From: Podarcis liolepis
Taxonomy: Eukaryota
Assembly (NCBI GenBank): GCA_965112155.1
Contig: OZ218112.1
Direction: 5' to 3' (one strand)
Length of the DNA stretch: 64,000 bases
This document shows positions 51,531 to 64,000 of this stretch, one piece after another; the first letter of the stretch is position 1, and each line of letters begins with the position of its first letter. The notes beneath the pieces are model-generated. The model did no database searches. It saw only the letters and a list, made by a program, of their open reading frames with translations, and had not been told where the DNA came from. The translations under genes were made by a program, and so were the position numbers.

Positions 51531-53925
51531 TCCTCTGGTCACACAGCAGTTAGCAGCGCCATCTGTTGGCAGCCTTACAAACTATGGCAGGACAACAGCC
51601 TTACACAAATATAGATATAGAAATATCACACACTTGTGTCCAAAATGAAATTGCTCAGAATGACTACTGAGATATGGACAGACAGACACACATTAAACTT
51701 CATCATTAAAACAATTATCAGAAACAGCCACAATAAAAGTCAGATGGTGGTTTTTTTACTTGTCCAATGTCTATAGGATACCTTCATTTTGGAAAGATGC
51801 AGTCACAAAATATCACCAAAGAGGATGGAGTAGGAGAGAAATCCATATAACAACCATAAAATGAAACTTGCACAAACACAACATACAATAATAATAATAT
51901 GGGGGTAGACAATAATACGGTTTCATCTTTGATCTTCCAAAACTCTCACAAAATGAATTGCCACTTCTTCTTTCAATATCCACTCACTTGTTATACGTTC
52001 TGGGTAGTTATCTACATTCCAGCCATTTATGCTAAGCATGAATCCCTGAGATGCGGACACATCCACGCATTCCCCTAATGTAATGCGGGCAATTTCTTTT
52101 GTAATGCCATTATTTTTAAATAGCAATGCATGAAACTCAGACTGTCACTGTGTACATTACAGCTGCCTTGAGGCAGCTATTGCTTATGTATCATTCGTCT
52201 TCTCCCCCTTCCTTTGCTTTTCTCCCTTGCCTCTCAAAATCTCTCCTTTTCTCAGAAATAATATCAAGCATCATTCCCTCTCCTGCCCGCCCACCCCCAC
52301 TCCCATTCCTACTCTGCATCCCTTCAGGGTAGCCATTTGAATGCCTGTGACACATGAGGTTAAGAAACTGAAGAAAATGGTACATAGATCAGAAACTCTT
52401 TTTATGCGGGGGGTGGGGGGCTCTGTATAAAAACTGTTCTTCCTTCAAGACAGGCTGTCATTATTGTATGTTGAGTAGGGAGGCTGAGGTGGGCATTAGG
52501 CTTTTAATTTCTTTAATAAGAGTTTCACCTAAATGTGGGTGGATGATTGTGGGTGCAGGCAAACGTGCAAGGCTGATCGATAATGTGTATTGCTTAGCTA
52601 TTTTCTGTCAGGTGATATGAAGGAGAAGATGTTGTCTTGTTGCCGGAAGGGGGAGGTGGTCAGAACACTGGTTGACAGGAGAGTCGGTACAACTAACTAC
52701 TACACCACACAGGGTGCAGTCAACTAATGCTGCAAGATCTGGTGACAGCCACTCACCTAGACACATTTAGAGGAAGGGCCACAGTGGAGCAACTGCTCCA
52801 CACAAAAGAAGTCCCAGGTTTGATCCACAACCTATCCAGGCAGGGCTTGAAGAGACCTTTGCCTCAAATCCTGTTGCAGGTCAGTGTAGATAATACCGAA
52901 ACAGGGTTGGTCTTAGGCAATATGGTGCCCTGTGCAAGGACACAATCCCCTCTCCCCCCCCCCCACATGATGGCAGAGCAAACCCAGCTACCCTACCAGG
53001 TTGTGACTAAAAATCTGCTAGATCCATTGCAAGGACTAGTTTCTTAATACAGTTAGATATGTTGGGTTCATCTCTGATAGATGAATCCTATATTGAGCAG
53101 TTCTCCTGATTTGTCTGTGTGGAGGTTATGACACTGTAGTTGAGGGGCTGTTCCCCCCCCCCTCCACACACACACACTATAGTTTTCTATCGCTTTCCTT
53201 ACAGCAAAAGGATCCTCCCCTCACCTTGACAGAGCAAATTCATTGTACAAGAGTGTTTACTTTGTGTGTCTTCGATGAAGGTGCTTTCACACACCCACCA
53301 CCCTACTTCCTGGCAAGCAAGAACCATTATCCTAGTTCAAGGACACTGTGCAAAAGGACCAGGCAGAAGTGCCCAAGGAAAGGATGGCCTGGAAGGGTTC
53401 CCCATCCCTGAGCTAGATAATCTGATTTGCTTTAAGGCAGCTTGCAACTTTCCTGACTGGCAAGGCCAATTCTGGCTGAATTTCACCGTGTTTAAATATT
53501 TACTTTCCCCAATCATTGTTAACATCCTTTAATTTCTTCGTGTTCTGAGCACATTTATTCCAAACTTTGGCTCAGAATGTCTTTACAGCAGTTGGCACTT
53601 GCTGGAGAACAGTTCCCCAAAGGATACTTTGTGCCATCTCTCTCCCCCCCCCCCCCGCCCCGTCTCTCCAAAGAAAATGAAATGAAATATTTTTCAGTTA
53701 CTTACATAGAACCGTCAGTGTGCATGGCTACAAGAGGGCTGCCAGAGATCTCCAACTCCAAGGAGCTAACATTTGTTAACAGAAACAACAAAGGAAGGGG
53801 AGATAAGGAGACAGGGAAGTATCTCCATGTAGAGAATATCCTCTCACAGAGGAAATCTGCAGATGGAATGCACAAAGGCTGAGTGGGGTGGCAGAACTTA
53901 GAACGTTGTAGATCACAAGGTTCTA

Positions 53926-54599
53926 GGGCTCCATTTGCACTATTGCATTTTAAACTGTATCATAACACCTTAAGCAGCCATGACTTCCCCCAAAGAATCC
54001 TGGGAACTGTAGTTTGTTAAGGGTGCTGAGCATTGTTAGGAGAGCCATATTGCCCTTAGGGGGCTACAGTTCCCAGGAATAATCAATGCTTCAACACTGG
54101 TGAGCTTTGCTTATTCCAGTGCACTGGCATTATGTCTTCCCAAGCGATGTGTAAAATTTTTTGGAGACACGATTGATGGAATCTTTCAAGGAGTTAGAGA
54201 TGGTATTTATAAGTGGTCCATGTTTCACAAGCATACAGTAAGGTTGGTAGTACAACAGCTTTGTAAACTCTCCTGCCTGGAAACCTATGTTCCCACTGTG
54301 GAAGGACGTGTGGATCCAGAATTGACCTCCACCGTCACTTACGGACTCACTGTTAAAACCGTGTTCATGGAAGACAATCTTACTCAGCTATGAGTGATCG
54401 CCCAAGACTAAGAAGATAATTCCCAGAGTGGTTTAGCAAACAATTCCTCTTCCCTGAGAACTTTGGGAATTATAAATCTCTGAGGAGAATAGGGATCTCC
54501 TAAGGATTCTGAGCATGCTTAACAATATTTGGGGGGTGGGATCCATAACTGTTTAAAGTGGCATGATACTGCTTTAAATATATAGTGCATATGGGGCCC
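53926..54599. mobile_element. Palindromic non-autonomous DNA transposon (PIF/Harbinger-like MITE) interrupted by an RTE fragment
   Basis: Termini GGGCTCCATTTGCACTAT / ATAGTGCATATGGGGCCC; related copies at ~42375-43024, ~57275-57614 and ~63503-63660. Superfamily is inferred from the termini. Confidence 0.7.
54077..54417. mobile_element. RTE-clade LINE short insertion with 5' inversion
   Basis: 54077-54267 on the minus strand encodes YKAVVLPTLLYACETW..LERFHQSCLQKILHIAWED; 54268-54417 on the plus strand encodes LCSHCGRTCGSRIDLHRHLRTHC* plus UTR and an AAG-type tail; TSD AGTTCCCAG / AATTCCCAG. Confidence 0.85.
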
Positions 54600-54814
54600 A
54601 GGGTGCAAAGGTGACATAACTACTGCACCTGCTACTGTAACCTTCAGTTTTTGCAAAGGGCTGTCAGGTGTTTGTGGGGAGCCATGGTGCTCTGTGGTGC
54701 AAAGCAAGGATAGCTAACCTGGTTCCCTTCAGGCATTGTCCAGATAGTACTACAACTCCCATCACAAACACCCCGCCAGCATGGCCAATGAGGAGAAAAG
54801 GTGGGATTCGTAGT

Positions 54815-55607
54815 TAGGGGTGGGTGAGAAATTTTATTCACTTCTTACTTACAAGGTTATCCTACCCAATTTGTTCTTTCTGAAACAATACACGAATGGA
54901 AAAAATAGCCATCCTTCAAAATTCACACTTCTTCCCATTTTGTACTGGTATTCTCCAACAAACGTGCGTAGAAACACATATACTAGGGTATGACGTGCAC
55001 AGAAGTGCGTGTATTCTTGAAAACGACACATGAAAATGCTTTCCATTTGGGGAAATTGCTTTGCAAATATTAGGTAAAATATGCTGGAGGAGACTCTTGA
55101 GAGTCCCATGGACTGCAAGAAGATCAAACCTATCCATTCTTAAGGAAATCAGCCCTGAGTGCTCACTGGAAGGACAGATCGTGAAGCTGAGGCTCCAATA
55201 CTTTGGCCACCTCATGAGAAGAGAAGACTCCCTGGAAAAGACCCTGATGTTGGGAAAGATTGAGGGCACAAGAAGAAGGGGACGACAGAGGACGAGATGG
55301 TTGGACAGTGTTCTCGAAGCTACAAACATGAGTCTGACCAAACTGCGGGAGGCAGTGGAAGACAGAAGTGCCTGGCGTGCACGAAGAGTCGGACACGACT
55401 AAACGACTAAACAACAACGTGTTTATTAGGAGAAATTTGTACTAAAATGCTGATTTGCTTTCATGAGGGCTTTTTAAAAAACAGGCGTACCCGTGCGTGC
55501 ACACACACACACAAACACACACACACACAAATTTGGAGAACTGAACTTAAGACTGGGAAAAATAAGAAACTGAGAGAAATCAAAACTAACAGATTTTCCT
55601 ATCCCTA
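54815..55607. mobile_element. AT-rich MITE-like repeat (TAGGG(A/G)TGGG ends) hosting BovB
   Basis: Ends TAGGGGTGGG / CCTATCCCTA; related copies at ~8965-9323, ~14820-15200 and ~29760-30090. Confidence 0.55.
55081..55418 (+). mobile_element. BovB (RTE-BovB) LINE 3' fragment
   Basis: CWRRLLRVPWTARRSNLSILKEISPECSLEGQIVKLRLQYFGHLMRREDSLEKTLMLGKIEG.RRRGRQR.RWLD; 3' end gagtcggacacgactaaacgactaaacaacaac. Confidence 0.93.
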
Positions 55608-56786
55608 CTTGTCCAACAACATATTGAGGACACCACACTGGCTCCCACTGGTCTAAAGCTACTACCTTCAGTGAAGCCAAAGCACCCACATTTAAAGGGG
55701 GCGATTTGATGTTCACTGAAGGTGACTTCAGTGGGGTTTCTTCACATCCTACAGACACATGGAGACTTTACTCTTCTCTGTATTTAAGTCATGCTTAAAA
55801 TTGTCACTCCAGCAGCAACAAAATTGTTCTTGAGTATCCATTGTTAAGAGCTGTATAGTTTTGCCTAGCAACCACATTTACTTAAAGAAGAATCGCTTAC
55901 ATTTTCATGCATATAATTGCTTTGAGTGTCAGTGGCCTTACTCTATAAATAGTGTCGGCATCTTTCCAAAGTGTTTTTCAATGAGTTTGCTGGGCTTTCT
56001 GATCTCTACGAAAGACACATGCAAATCAAACTATACACCAGAATGGAACATGGGCCAGATTATGTTGTGAAAAATCCAGCAGTACCTGGGATAAACTACA
56101 CTTAAAGCAACAACCTTGCTTGCTGGTTGGTAACAATGTAGTGTTTAGACAAGAGTGAATCTCTATCTCCCCTCTTAAACTTAGTTGTAAGGTGGAAGTT
56201 GAATGAGTAGTGTTTCCTCTGGATCCAACGTGCCTTGTTAACCAGCGCAGTACTAGAGTTGGTGCAATTTGACCTGATTGGACTCCTGTAGTTTTATTCT
56301 AGTTCTAACTGTGTGAACAGTGGCGTTCTAGCTTCCTGACTGACGTGTCCTCTATGCCTTCCATGACACATAAAACATGTTGAAAATAATGCAAAAAATG
56401 TTGAGCTTCCTTTCACAACGAGGGAGAAAGACTGCTTAGATCTCCAAGCTGTTTACATCAGCATAAATATATTTTTAAAATGCACATACAATATGATATT
56501 TTTTGGAGGGGGTTTAAAAAAATCAAAACAATATGTATTTTAATCAATATATTATCATTGTAATCAAACAGTTAATACTCACATCAATTCACTTGATTTC
56601 TGACATTCTGATACTGAATCTAAAGTAAATTTATTCCATTCTTCCAATGAGTCACCTTTTTCTTATATTTGATAGATAAACACTAGGATATGAAGAGGGA
56701 AAGTGATTGTTAGCAGGGAGGTCTGGTGAAAATGAAGTACAAAAATCAGAGATTATGATAATTATGTTAAAGTAGGTTTGACTCTG

Positions 56787-57136
56787 GGGATGCGGGTGGC
56801 ACTGTGGATTAAACCACAGAGCCTAGGGCTTGCCGATCAGAAGGTCGGTGGTTTGAATCCCCGTGACGGGGTGAGCTCCCGTTGCTCGGTCCCTGCTCTT
56901 GCCAACCTAGCAGTTTGAAAGCATGTCAAAGTGCAAGTAGATAAATAGTTACCGCTCCAGTGGAAAGGTAAACGGCGTTTCCGTGCGCTGCTCTGGTTCG
57001 CCAGAAGTGGCTTAGTCATGCTGGCCACATGACCCGGAAGCTGTACGCTGGCTCCCTTGGCCAATAAAGCGAGATGAGCGCCGCAATCCCAGAGTCAGCC
57101 ACGACTGGACCTAATGGTCAAGGGTCCCTTTACCTT
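56787..57136 (+). mobile_element. Sauria SINE, full length
   Basis: 14-bp TSD TAGGTTTGACTCTG at 56773-86 and 57137-50. Confidence 0.92.
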
Positions 57137-57274
57137 TAGGTTTGACTCTGCAAGTTGTTTGACTGCACCTCCCATCATCCCTGACAATCGGTCAAGAACA
57201 ATTGAAAAGTCATGTGTTTCTCACCCTCAAACAACAACAAAGCTCTAAGATATTAGAACAAGTCTTGTGTGTCC

Positions 57275-57614
57275 CTAGACCGCATGTGCACCATACATTT
57301 TAAAGCAATACCATACCACTATAAACAGCCATGACTTCTTTCTTGAAATGCTGAGAACTGTAGGCTGTTAAGGGTGCTGAAAATGGTCAGGCAATCTTTA
57401 TTCCCCTCAGAGAGCTACAATTCCCAGAGTCCCCCACAAAAATGAATTGATTGTAAAAACCACTTTGCAAATTGTAGCTCTGCGAGGGAAATATGGGTCT
57501 ACTCAGAACTCTTAGCACCTTTAACAAACTACATCTCCTAGGATTCTTTGGAGGGGAATTATGACTATTTATAGTGGCATGATACTCCTTCAAATCTATG
57601 CTGCAGATGGGTCC
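57275..57614. mobile_element. Harbinger-like palindromic MITE
   Basis: Same family as 53926-54599 but without the RTE insert. Confidence 0.65.
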
Positions 57615-59154
57615 TAAGAAAATTATTTGGTTCTTGGACATAGGTAGAATGTCAAGGTGGTAAAATGACTCAACGAAGTATGCAAAATAATGTATTCATG
57701 TATATATTCATTTATTAAAATGTTATTTATTTATTATTTATTTATTTATTTAGGAAGTATTTCTAATCTAAGTATTACTAGGTGATGACACAAGTAAAAC
57801 TTTCCTCTTGTATTAAAATTTTAATGCTTTTTTTTTGTAAATTGCTTAGAGCTTCTACTTGCAATCAGTGCTACATAAATTTTGTTAGATAGATGAATAA
57901 TTTATTTGAATTAAGCAGCCAAGTTTTTGCCTGCAGGCCACAAGCCAGACAATCAAAGTACAATTCCAGTAGGTGCCTAACATTGCAGTCCTAAGCCACT
58001 GTCCTTGGAAGAACAGGCTGTCAAATCCAGTGGAAGCTTGTCTCTGACTAAACCTGCTTAGGATCAGTCTATCAGAGAGTTAAATTAATAGGCATGGGGG
58101 GGGGAACTAACCTCTCCTTTCCCAGACTGACTGCCAGGCATATTCTCAAAATGAAATATTTGAATTTGATGCATCAGGGTTGTGTGTTTGTTTCCTTTTT
58201 AATGGTGCCTTGGAGCAACTAGAAACACATAATCCTTTTCCTTTCTTAATTGGATTTGGGCATTCCGCTATTGTGAATTGCTTTGCAAAACGCATATCGG
58301 AGCCTCTTGCCGCAGGAGTTCAATTAGAGTATGTCCGTCTCTTCTTAGCATTCCTGCAGGACAATTTCTAAACCTTAGCTCAGGTTTTGTTGTTGATCAG
58401 ACAGCAAATGAGAAGCTTACAGAAGCTGGACTTTTCAGTGACGTCCATCAGCACAGAATCCATTAATTTCTGTTCCAAGAGATGGCTTCAGCTGTGGAGG
58501 TTCTGTCCTAAGCTTGGAGTGGGTTCAGATCAGTAGCTCTGATTCCATCAAGCACAGCAAGGTCAGTCAACATATGGCAGATTTAGCTTCGGGAAAGGCC
58601 AAGGTTCAGGATTTGAATAGTGGCATATAAATAGCTCCATGTGGAAGTCAAGCTGCAGACTCATCCAGCCAGAACTCAGTTCTGCCACCTCTCACATGGA
58701 CACCATTGCCATTATAAGATTAAGAGCTCATCCCCACCTCCATTTTCTCTGCTGCATTCCCCTGGGAAATCCCACTGCTTACCACTGAGTCAGAGCAAAC
58801 TTCAAACGGGTTTTCCATGGCTTGATGTTTGTTCCAATTCAGTGGTAAATAATGTTGCTGTTTTTCCAGGGGAAACCTTGGGGCAAATGTAAAACCACTC
58901 AGACTTATGCCTAGAAAGCATGGGGCAAGCGGAAAACCTCTTGGACCCACACCCACAGAGAAGTATGGATGAGCCCTAAGCCTTAAACGGCAGCTGCAAC
59001 TCCATCTGGGTAGGAGTCTTCACATTTAAAAGGGACTGGCTGGCTTTGACAGTCATCAGCTCCAATGTGTCAGTTGAGAGTGAGATTTCATTAGGGCTTC
59101 TGAACTGGAGTCTTGGAGTCAGAGCAAAGCAAAATCCCTGGGCCTAAGAAGTGA

Positions 59155-59240
59155 AGTTTTTAATATTTGATGCTGTATTGTTTTTAACACTTGATTGGGA
59201 GCCACCTAGAGTGGCTGGGGAGGCTCAGTCAGATGGGCAG

Positions 59241-59290
<50 letters not shown>
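59155..59290 (+). mobile_element. L2 extreme 3' end with (TAA)n tail
   Basis: gggagccacctagagtggctgggg...agatgggcagggtaataataa, reverse complement of the L2 tail seen elsewhere. Confidence 0.8.
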
Positions 59291-59292
<2 letters not shown>

Positions 59293-59568
59293 TATTAATA
59301 TTATAATATCTGGGGCTGGCTCTGAAACAATGCCCATTCTGCACCCCAGGCTCAACATCCGAAGTTGAGGAGTCCAAGCAGAGTATTAATGAAAGTCTGG
59401 CTCTTTAAATTAGGTTTGTTTGTTTGCTTCTGAGTTTCCTCTCGTCCATATACTGGTTGCTATGGAGATCAGGCCTAGCTGGGAATAACTGGATTTTCAA
59501 CCCTCAGTAGTAGCTTGGCTTTCTTATTCTTCTTCCACACCCAACACCCAACATTCTTGTGACAGTGC

Positions 59569-59620
<52 letters not shown>
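59569..59620. repeat. Compound (AT)n(AG)n microsatellite
   Basis: Direct reading. Confidence 0.95.
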
Positions 59621-59622
<2 letters not shown>

Positions 59623-60609
59623 TATGGGAGGAGATTGTGTTCTCCATTCTAGGATGCATGGATGAGGAGTCCTCTACACAGTGGAACATGCTTTATTATT
59701 GCTGTTCTTATTAAAAGAAGAGGAGTGGATTAAGTATTTGGATCTTAATTGAAATAATATTGTGTTACTCTATTATTTGTTTCAATATTTCTACCCCACC
59801 CTAATCCAAAACAACTCCCAAACTAGCTTACTTAAAATCAATAAAAATAGCACATTCCCTGTCCATTCCATAAGCTTATAATGTGAAGGGCATGGCAGAA
59901 AAAGAAAGGGGGATGAGGAGCGAAGAAGAAAACAAGCAAATTCAGGCACTAATTCTGAACATTCTACAGTAGTTCTTAGAATGACCAGCTGGAATGGAAA
60001 CAGATTAGGGAGTGGGGAAATCCAACAGATGTGGTAACTCATCAGAGCCAAGTGAACCTGCTTCAGTAACTCTCAGTGCAGAGGCTCCACAGAATTATGG
60101 CATCCAGAGAAGGCTCCCCATTATGGAAGGGGGGCAATAGGTAGTGCACACTGTGCCTGCAGATGGTCCCAGTTTCAACCTCCTGTGTTTCCTGTCTGAA
60201 GTCCAAGAAAGCCACTGCAAGTGAATACTGAGCTAAGTGGACCAATGGTTTCCTAGTTCAGTCAGAGGTAGGTACCCATGTTCATTAGCAGCACCCATCT
60301 CTCAGTGGTGGAGCACATGTTTTCACTGCAAAATGTCCCAGTTTCCAAACCTGTCATTTCCAGTCTGCTGCCTAAATGAACCCATGCATTGTGAGCTAAA
60401 TGGGGCAGTGATCTGTCTCAGTCTAAAGCAATTTCCTATGTCCACTGGAGTCCAGAGGCATTCATATATATCAATCACATGAAATTTATTTTATTTTATT
60501 AGAGTGCCAGGTCCTAAATAAAGGGTTTTTTAAAAAAGATTATTTAAAAAAAGGAAAAAAAGCAAAGCGAGTCCAGTATCAGCAGCAATGGACCCTTGAG
60601 GCATGGGAC

Positions 60610-61102
60610 CAGGGGAGTACAAAGTGGGAGACAGAGGGGGTGTGTTACCCCGGGTGCCACTCTGGGGGGTGGGTGACAAGATGGCCCCTGCATCCCACCA
60701 GCTGTAGAGTGGCCGAGGGTGTGCGCAGTCTGTATGGGTGCTGCTCGCGCAGCGTTCATACGGGCTGCCTCTCACACGGCGACTGTACAGGCTGCCGCTC
60801 TTATGTGCCATTCATACGGGCATCCATATGGGCTGCCTCTCATGCAGCAGCCCGTGTGGATGCCATGCAAGTGGCAGCCCGTTCAGAGTGTGAATGTGTG
60901 GCATCCCGTATGGACTGCTCATGTGCGACATCGCATACGGAATGCGCACGAGCAGCATCCCATATGGTTGCCATGCGTGCGCACTCCGTATGGGATGCCG
61001 CACATGTGCAGTCCATACAGACATCACACATGCATCACCGAGCAGTTCACCCCGCCCCTCGGCATCCCACCCCAGGTGCCAGGGAGGGTTCCTCCGCCAC
61101 TA
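60610..61102. mobile_element. hAT MITE with expanded internal motif array (long copy)
   Basis: Homologous to 13418-13688; TSD CATGGGAC / CATGGGGC. Confidence 0.82.
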
Positions 61103-61756
61103 CATGGGGCCCCTGACATTTGTCCTACCACACCAGGTGCTGACCCCAGACCTGCTTGCTGTAAATCTTGCCCTCCACTAATGAAATCCCTTTCCCTCTA
61201 CTGAGATCTGAAAGGGCACTGCTGTGTTGAGATTATATTACACAACGTCCTCTGCAGTGAAGCACAGAGAGAATGCGCATGCTTTGCTTGGCTCTTCAAA
61301 CCAATGAAGTCGAGAACAAGTTTCTGAGAGCAATGGAGGTGCAAATTGAAAATTGATGAAGATCAATAACTTAAACGAGGGTGGTTCTGATTATTTAAAC
61401 TGAAGATTGAAGTCACTAAACGGTCTTGATTTGCACCCCACTCAAATCAATTCTTGCACTTGCACTCAATCTTGATTTCAATCCATCCATCCCAAAGGGT
61501 ACAATTCAAGTCTTTATGCAAAAACCTTGAGCATTAAAGAATGAAAAATACCATCATGTTCCAGCGGTGGTGTTTGCTACTAGAGAACAACTGCTTTCAA
61601 AACATCTGCTACGCTACCACTTTCAGTTGCAGCTTGCCCTCCACCCCAGTGCTGGTGTTTTTTATAAGGAAAAGAACCTCCTCTGAGCCAATTTCCTAGT
61701 TAGCCCTGCTAATTAAAGAACACATGTTGCAAAGTTCCTTTCTGCCTGCAGTAGCC

Positions 61757-61758
61757 AC

Positions 61759-61793
<35 letters not shown>

Positions 61794-62505
61794 ATAAATT
61801 TTATTTATACCCCGCCCGCCCTAGCCAAGGCCGGGCTCTGGGTGGCTAACGCCGAATATATAATGCATTAAAAACACAAAATCAAACAATTGATTAAAAC
61901 ATAGCTCAAAATCACAGTAAAATCAAAATAAAATGAAGTGGCCAACCCACAAATCACAGTCATGAAGGTAGGAATATTAAATATTCGCCAGGCCCAGTCA
62001 CCTGTGCTGGTTCCATATGGGCGAATAGAAACGGCCAAGGGGCCACTTACATACAGGGTTACATGGAAAGAAGGGGGGTCACACTGGGCCCGGACCAAAG
62101 GCCTGGCGGAACAGCTCCGTCTTGCAGGCCCCGCAGAAAGATGTCAAATCCCGCAGGGCCCTGGTCTCTTGTGACAGAGTGTTCCACCAGGCCAGGGCCA
62201 CAGCCGAAAAGGCCCTGGCCCTGGTCGAGGCCAGTCTAACCTCCTTGAGGCCTGGGACCTCCAAAGTATTATTATTTGCAGACCATAAGGTCCTCTGAGG
62301 GGCATACCAGGAGAGGCAGTCCCGTAGGTATGAGGGTCCTAGGCCATATAGGGCAGGCTCGGGCAAACTCAGCCCTCCAGATGTTTTGGGACTACAATTC
62401 CCATCATCCCTAACCACTGGTCCTGTTAGCTAGGGATGGTGGGACTTGTAGTCTCAAAACTTCTGGAGGGCCGAGTTTGCCTATGCCTGCTATAGGGCTT
62501 TAAAG
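61757..62505 (-). mobile_element. L2 3' fragment of a second subfamily, interrupted by a MITE
   Basis: ALYGLGPSYLRDCLSWYAPQRTL...RAFSAVALAWWNTL...FCGACKTELFRQAF is an L2 ORF2 C-terminus; different 3' UTR; (TAC)n tail. Confidence 0.8.
62354..62489. mobile_element. 136-bp hairpin hAT MITE
   Basis: Near fully palindromic; TIRs CAGGCTCGGGCAAACTC / GAGTTTGCCTATGCCTG; TSD ATATAGGG / CTATAGGG. Confidence 0.88.
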
Positions 62506-63226
62506 GAAGAACATTACTAGAACAAAGTAACGTGCTTTCTTCTTTGAAGAGCAACATATTTAACATTTTGTAGATGAAAACTGAAACACTTGCATTATTG
62601 AAGGGATGTGGAGCCTTTTTCAGCCCAAAGGCCACATTTCCTCATTGGCAACTTCCAGGGGTCATGTGTTCCAGTGATGGTTGGGGCCAGAGGCAAAGTA
62701 AGTGGAGCAATTAATGCAACTTTGGCCAGCAGGGTGCATTCCATCCATCCCAAACTCATAGGTTTCTACACATATGATTCCATCCAGCCAAGTAAGAGGT
62801 GCTGGAGTGATGGGATGAAACCCAGAGGTCCACCTGCCTTTTTTTTCCCTTTCCTGCTGCATCCTGTATTCATTTTCCCAACAATGGCCTATCATGCAAT
62901 GGCTTTTGAAACTCAGAAAGTTTTAGCATAAGGAATGAGAACCTTTGGCTCTCCATATGTTGCTGAACTACATCCCTCATCAGTCTTGGCCATTGGCCAT
63001 GCTTACTGGGGCTGATGAGAATTGTAGTTTTGCCCTCAGTCTATGGAGGTGTCTGGCTCACCCTTCAAGGACTCACGTTCTGGGTCAGAGATAGGCATGG
63101 CACTCAGCCCTCTCTGTTGCATTACCTTTAGTCAGCTTCCAGCCCTCTGTGAGCTTGAGTGTGGCTTTGTGAAGTGGGGAATCTCCTCCATTCATGGAAA
63201 CTTCCAACATATTTCAGGGTCTAAAG

Positions 63227-63359
63227 TAAGGTTACCAGATGTCCCTGTTTCCTGGGGACAGTCCCCAGATTTACAAATCAGTTCCCTGACAAAATCCATT
63301 CATTCCTACTGAAGCTGAAAGGTGTCCCCGGATTCACTGAAAAAAATCTGGTAACCTTA
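63227..63359. mobile_element. 133-bp hAT (Blackjack-like) MITE
   Basis: TIRs TAAGGTTACCAGAT / ATCTGGTAACCTTA; perfect TSD GTCTAAAG. Confidence 0.9.
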
Positions 63360-64000
63360 GTCTAAAGCACAACTGTATAAGTAGACACATCATCCAGTTT
63401 TCTGTTGTGGAAGGTGGGTGATTGCAGGGCGTACAACCAACAGAACAGAACCATCAGAAATACAGAACAGGATATTAACAGTAATCCTTGCTGTGACTAT
63501 AGGGACAGATCCATACAATGCATTTAAAGCACATGGCTTCTTCCACACACACCAAAGAATTCTGGGAGCTGTAGTTTGTTAAGGGTATTGGAGATTGTAG
63601 GTTTGTGAGAGGTGCCCTTGATTCTTTGGCGATTGTCATGTGCTTTAAATGTGCATTGGAATGTGTTTGAAATACCGTACATTTTTTCCTCTGGAATCCC
63701 CTCATTTTTTTCCTCTGGAATCAGAGTACGGATATTGGACTCCAGCCCCCATCATCCTCAGCCAGCATGGCCAATGGACAGGGATGGTGGGAATTGTAGT
63801 CCAACAACATCTGGAGGACCACAGGTCCCCCAACCTTGCCTTAGAGGGAATACTGCTTCCATATGATTCTAGCCTTAATAAATCTCAACAGAAGGGTTAC
63901 GATTAAATGGATGGCAAAAGGTAGCCAGAGAATTTGGTGTAGTCCCTGGAGTTGTTCCAAGCCTGTAATATCTGCAAGCGAATAATTGGCCATTTTACAT

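Noticed and set aside
51850-52125. Possible L1/Tx1 3' remnant on the minus strand (KKKWQF-like word)
   Set aside because: No continuous frame or diagnostic motif; left unannotated.
60640-61204. Overlapping 158/161-aa ORFs, and the similar set at 13298-13862
   Set aside because: They result from GC-rich, stop-poor repeats inside hAT MITEs and show no protein family motifs.

Overview
Eukaryotic, repeat-rich genomic DNA from a squamate reptile, most likely a lacertid lizard (inferred from Sauria SINEs, a Squam3-like SINE, BovB, and young L2 and Penelope copies). The only host coding sequence I can support is one 240-bp internal exon (32646-32885, + strand, AG/GT, phase 1-1) from the N-terminal domain of the AMPA glutamate receptor subunit GRIA3 (GluA3; equivalent to mammalian exon 3). 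The rest is best read as the two large flanking introns, filled with transposons: a 3.4-kb frameshifted L2, CR1/L2/BovB/RTE fragments, SINEs and many hAT, Tc1/mariner and Harbinger-like MITEs, several with readable target-site duplications. The most unusual structure is a young Penelope-like retroelement (37740-40123) in a (TA)n tract. It forms a near-perfect 1015-bp inverted repeat around a 325-bp spacer, with an open RT-thumb/GIY-YIG frame and a minimal hammerhead-ribozyme-like motif in each arm. Other points of interest are a diverged ~160-bp duplicated module keeping a MEF2-consensus site in both copies, a SINE>hAT>L2 nest, an RTE insertion with a 5' inversion, and probable Z-linkage. I cannot show a wholly new biological system; the leads belong to known element classes, although this locus-specific arrangement may be undescribed. 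Almost all other ORFs in the track are spurious.
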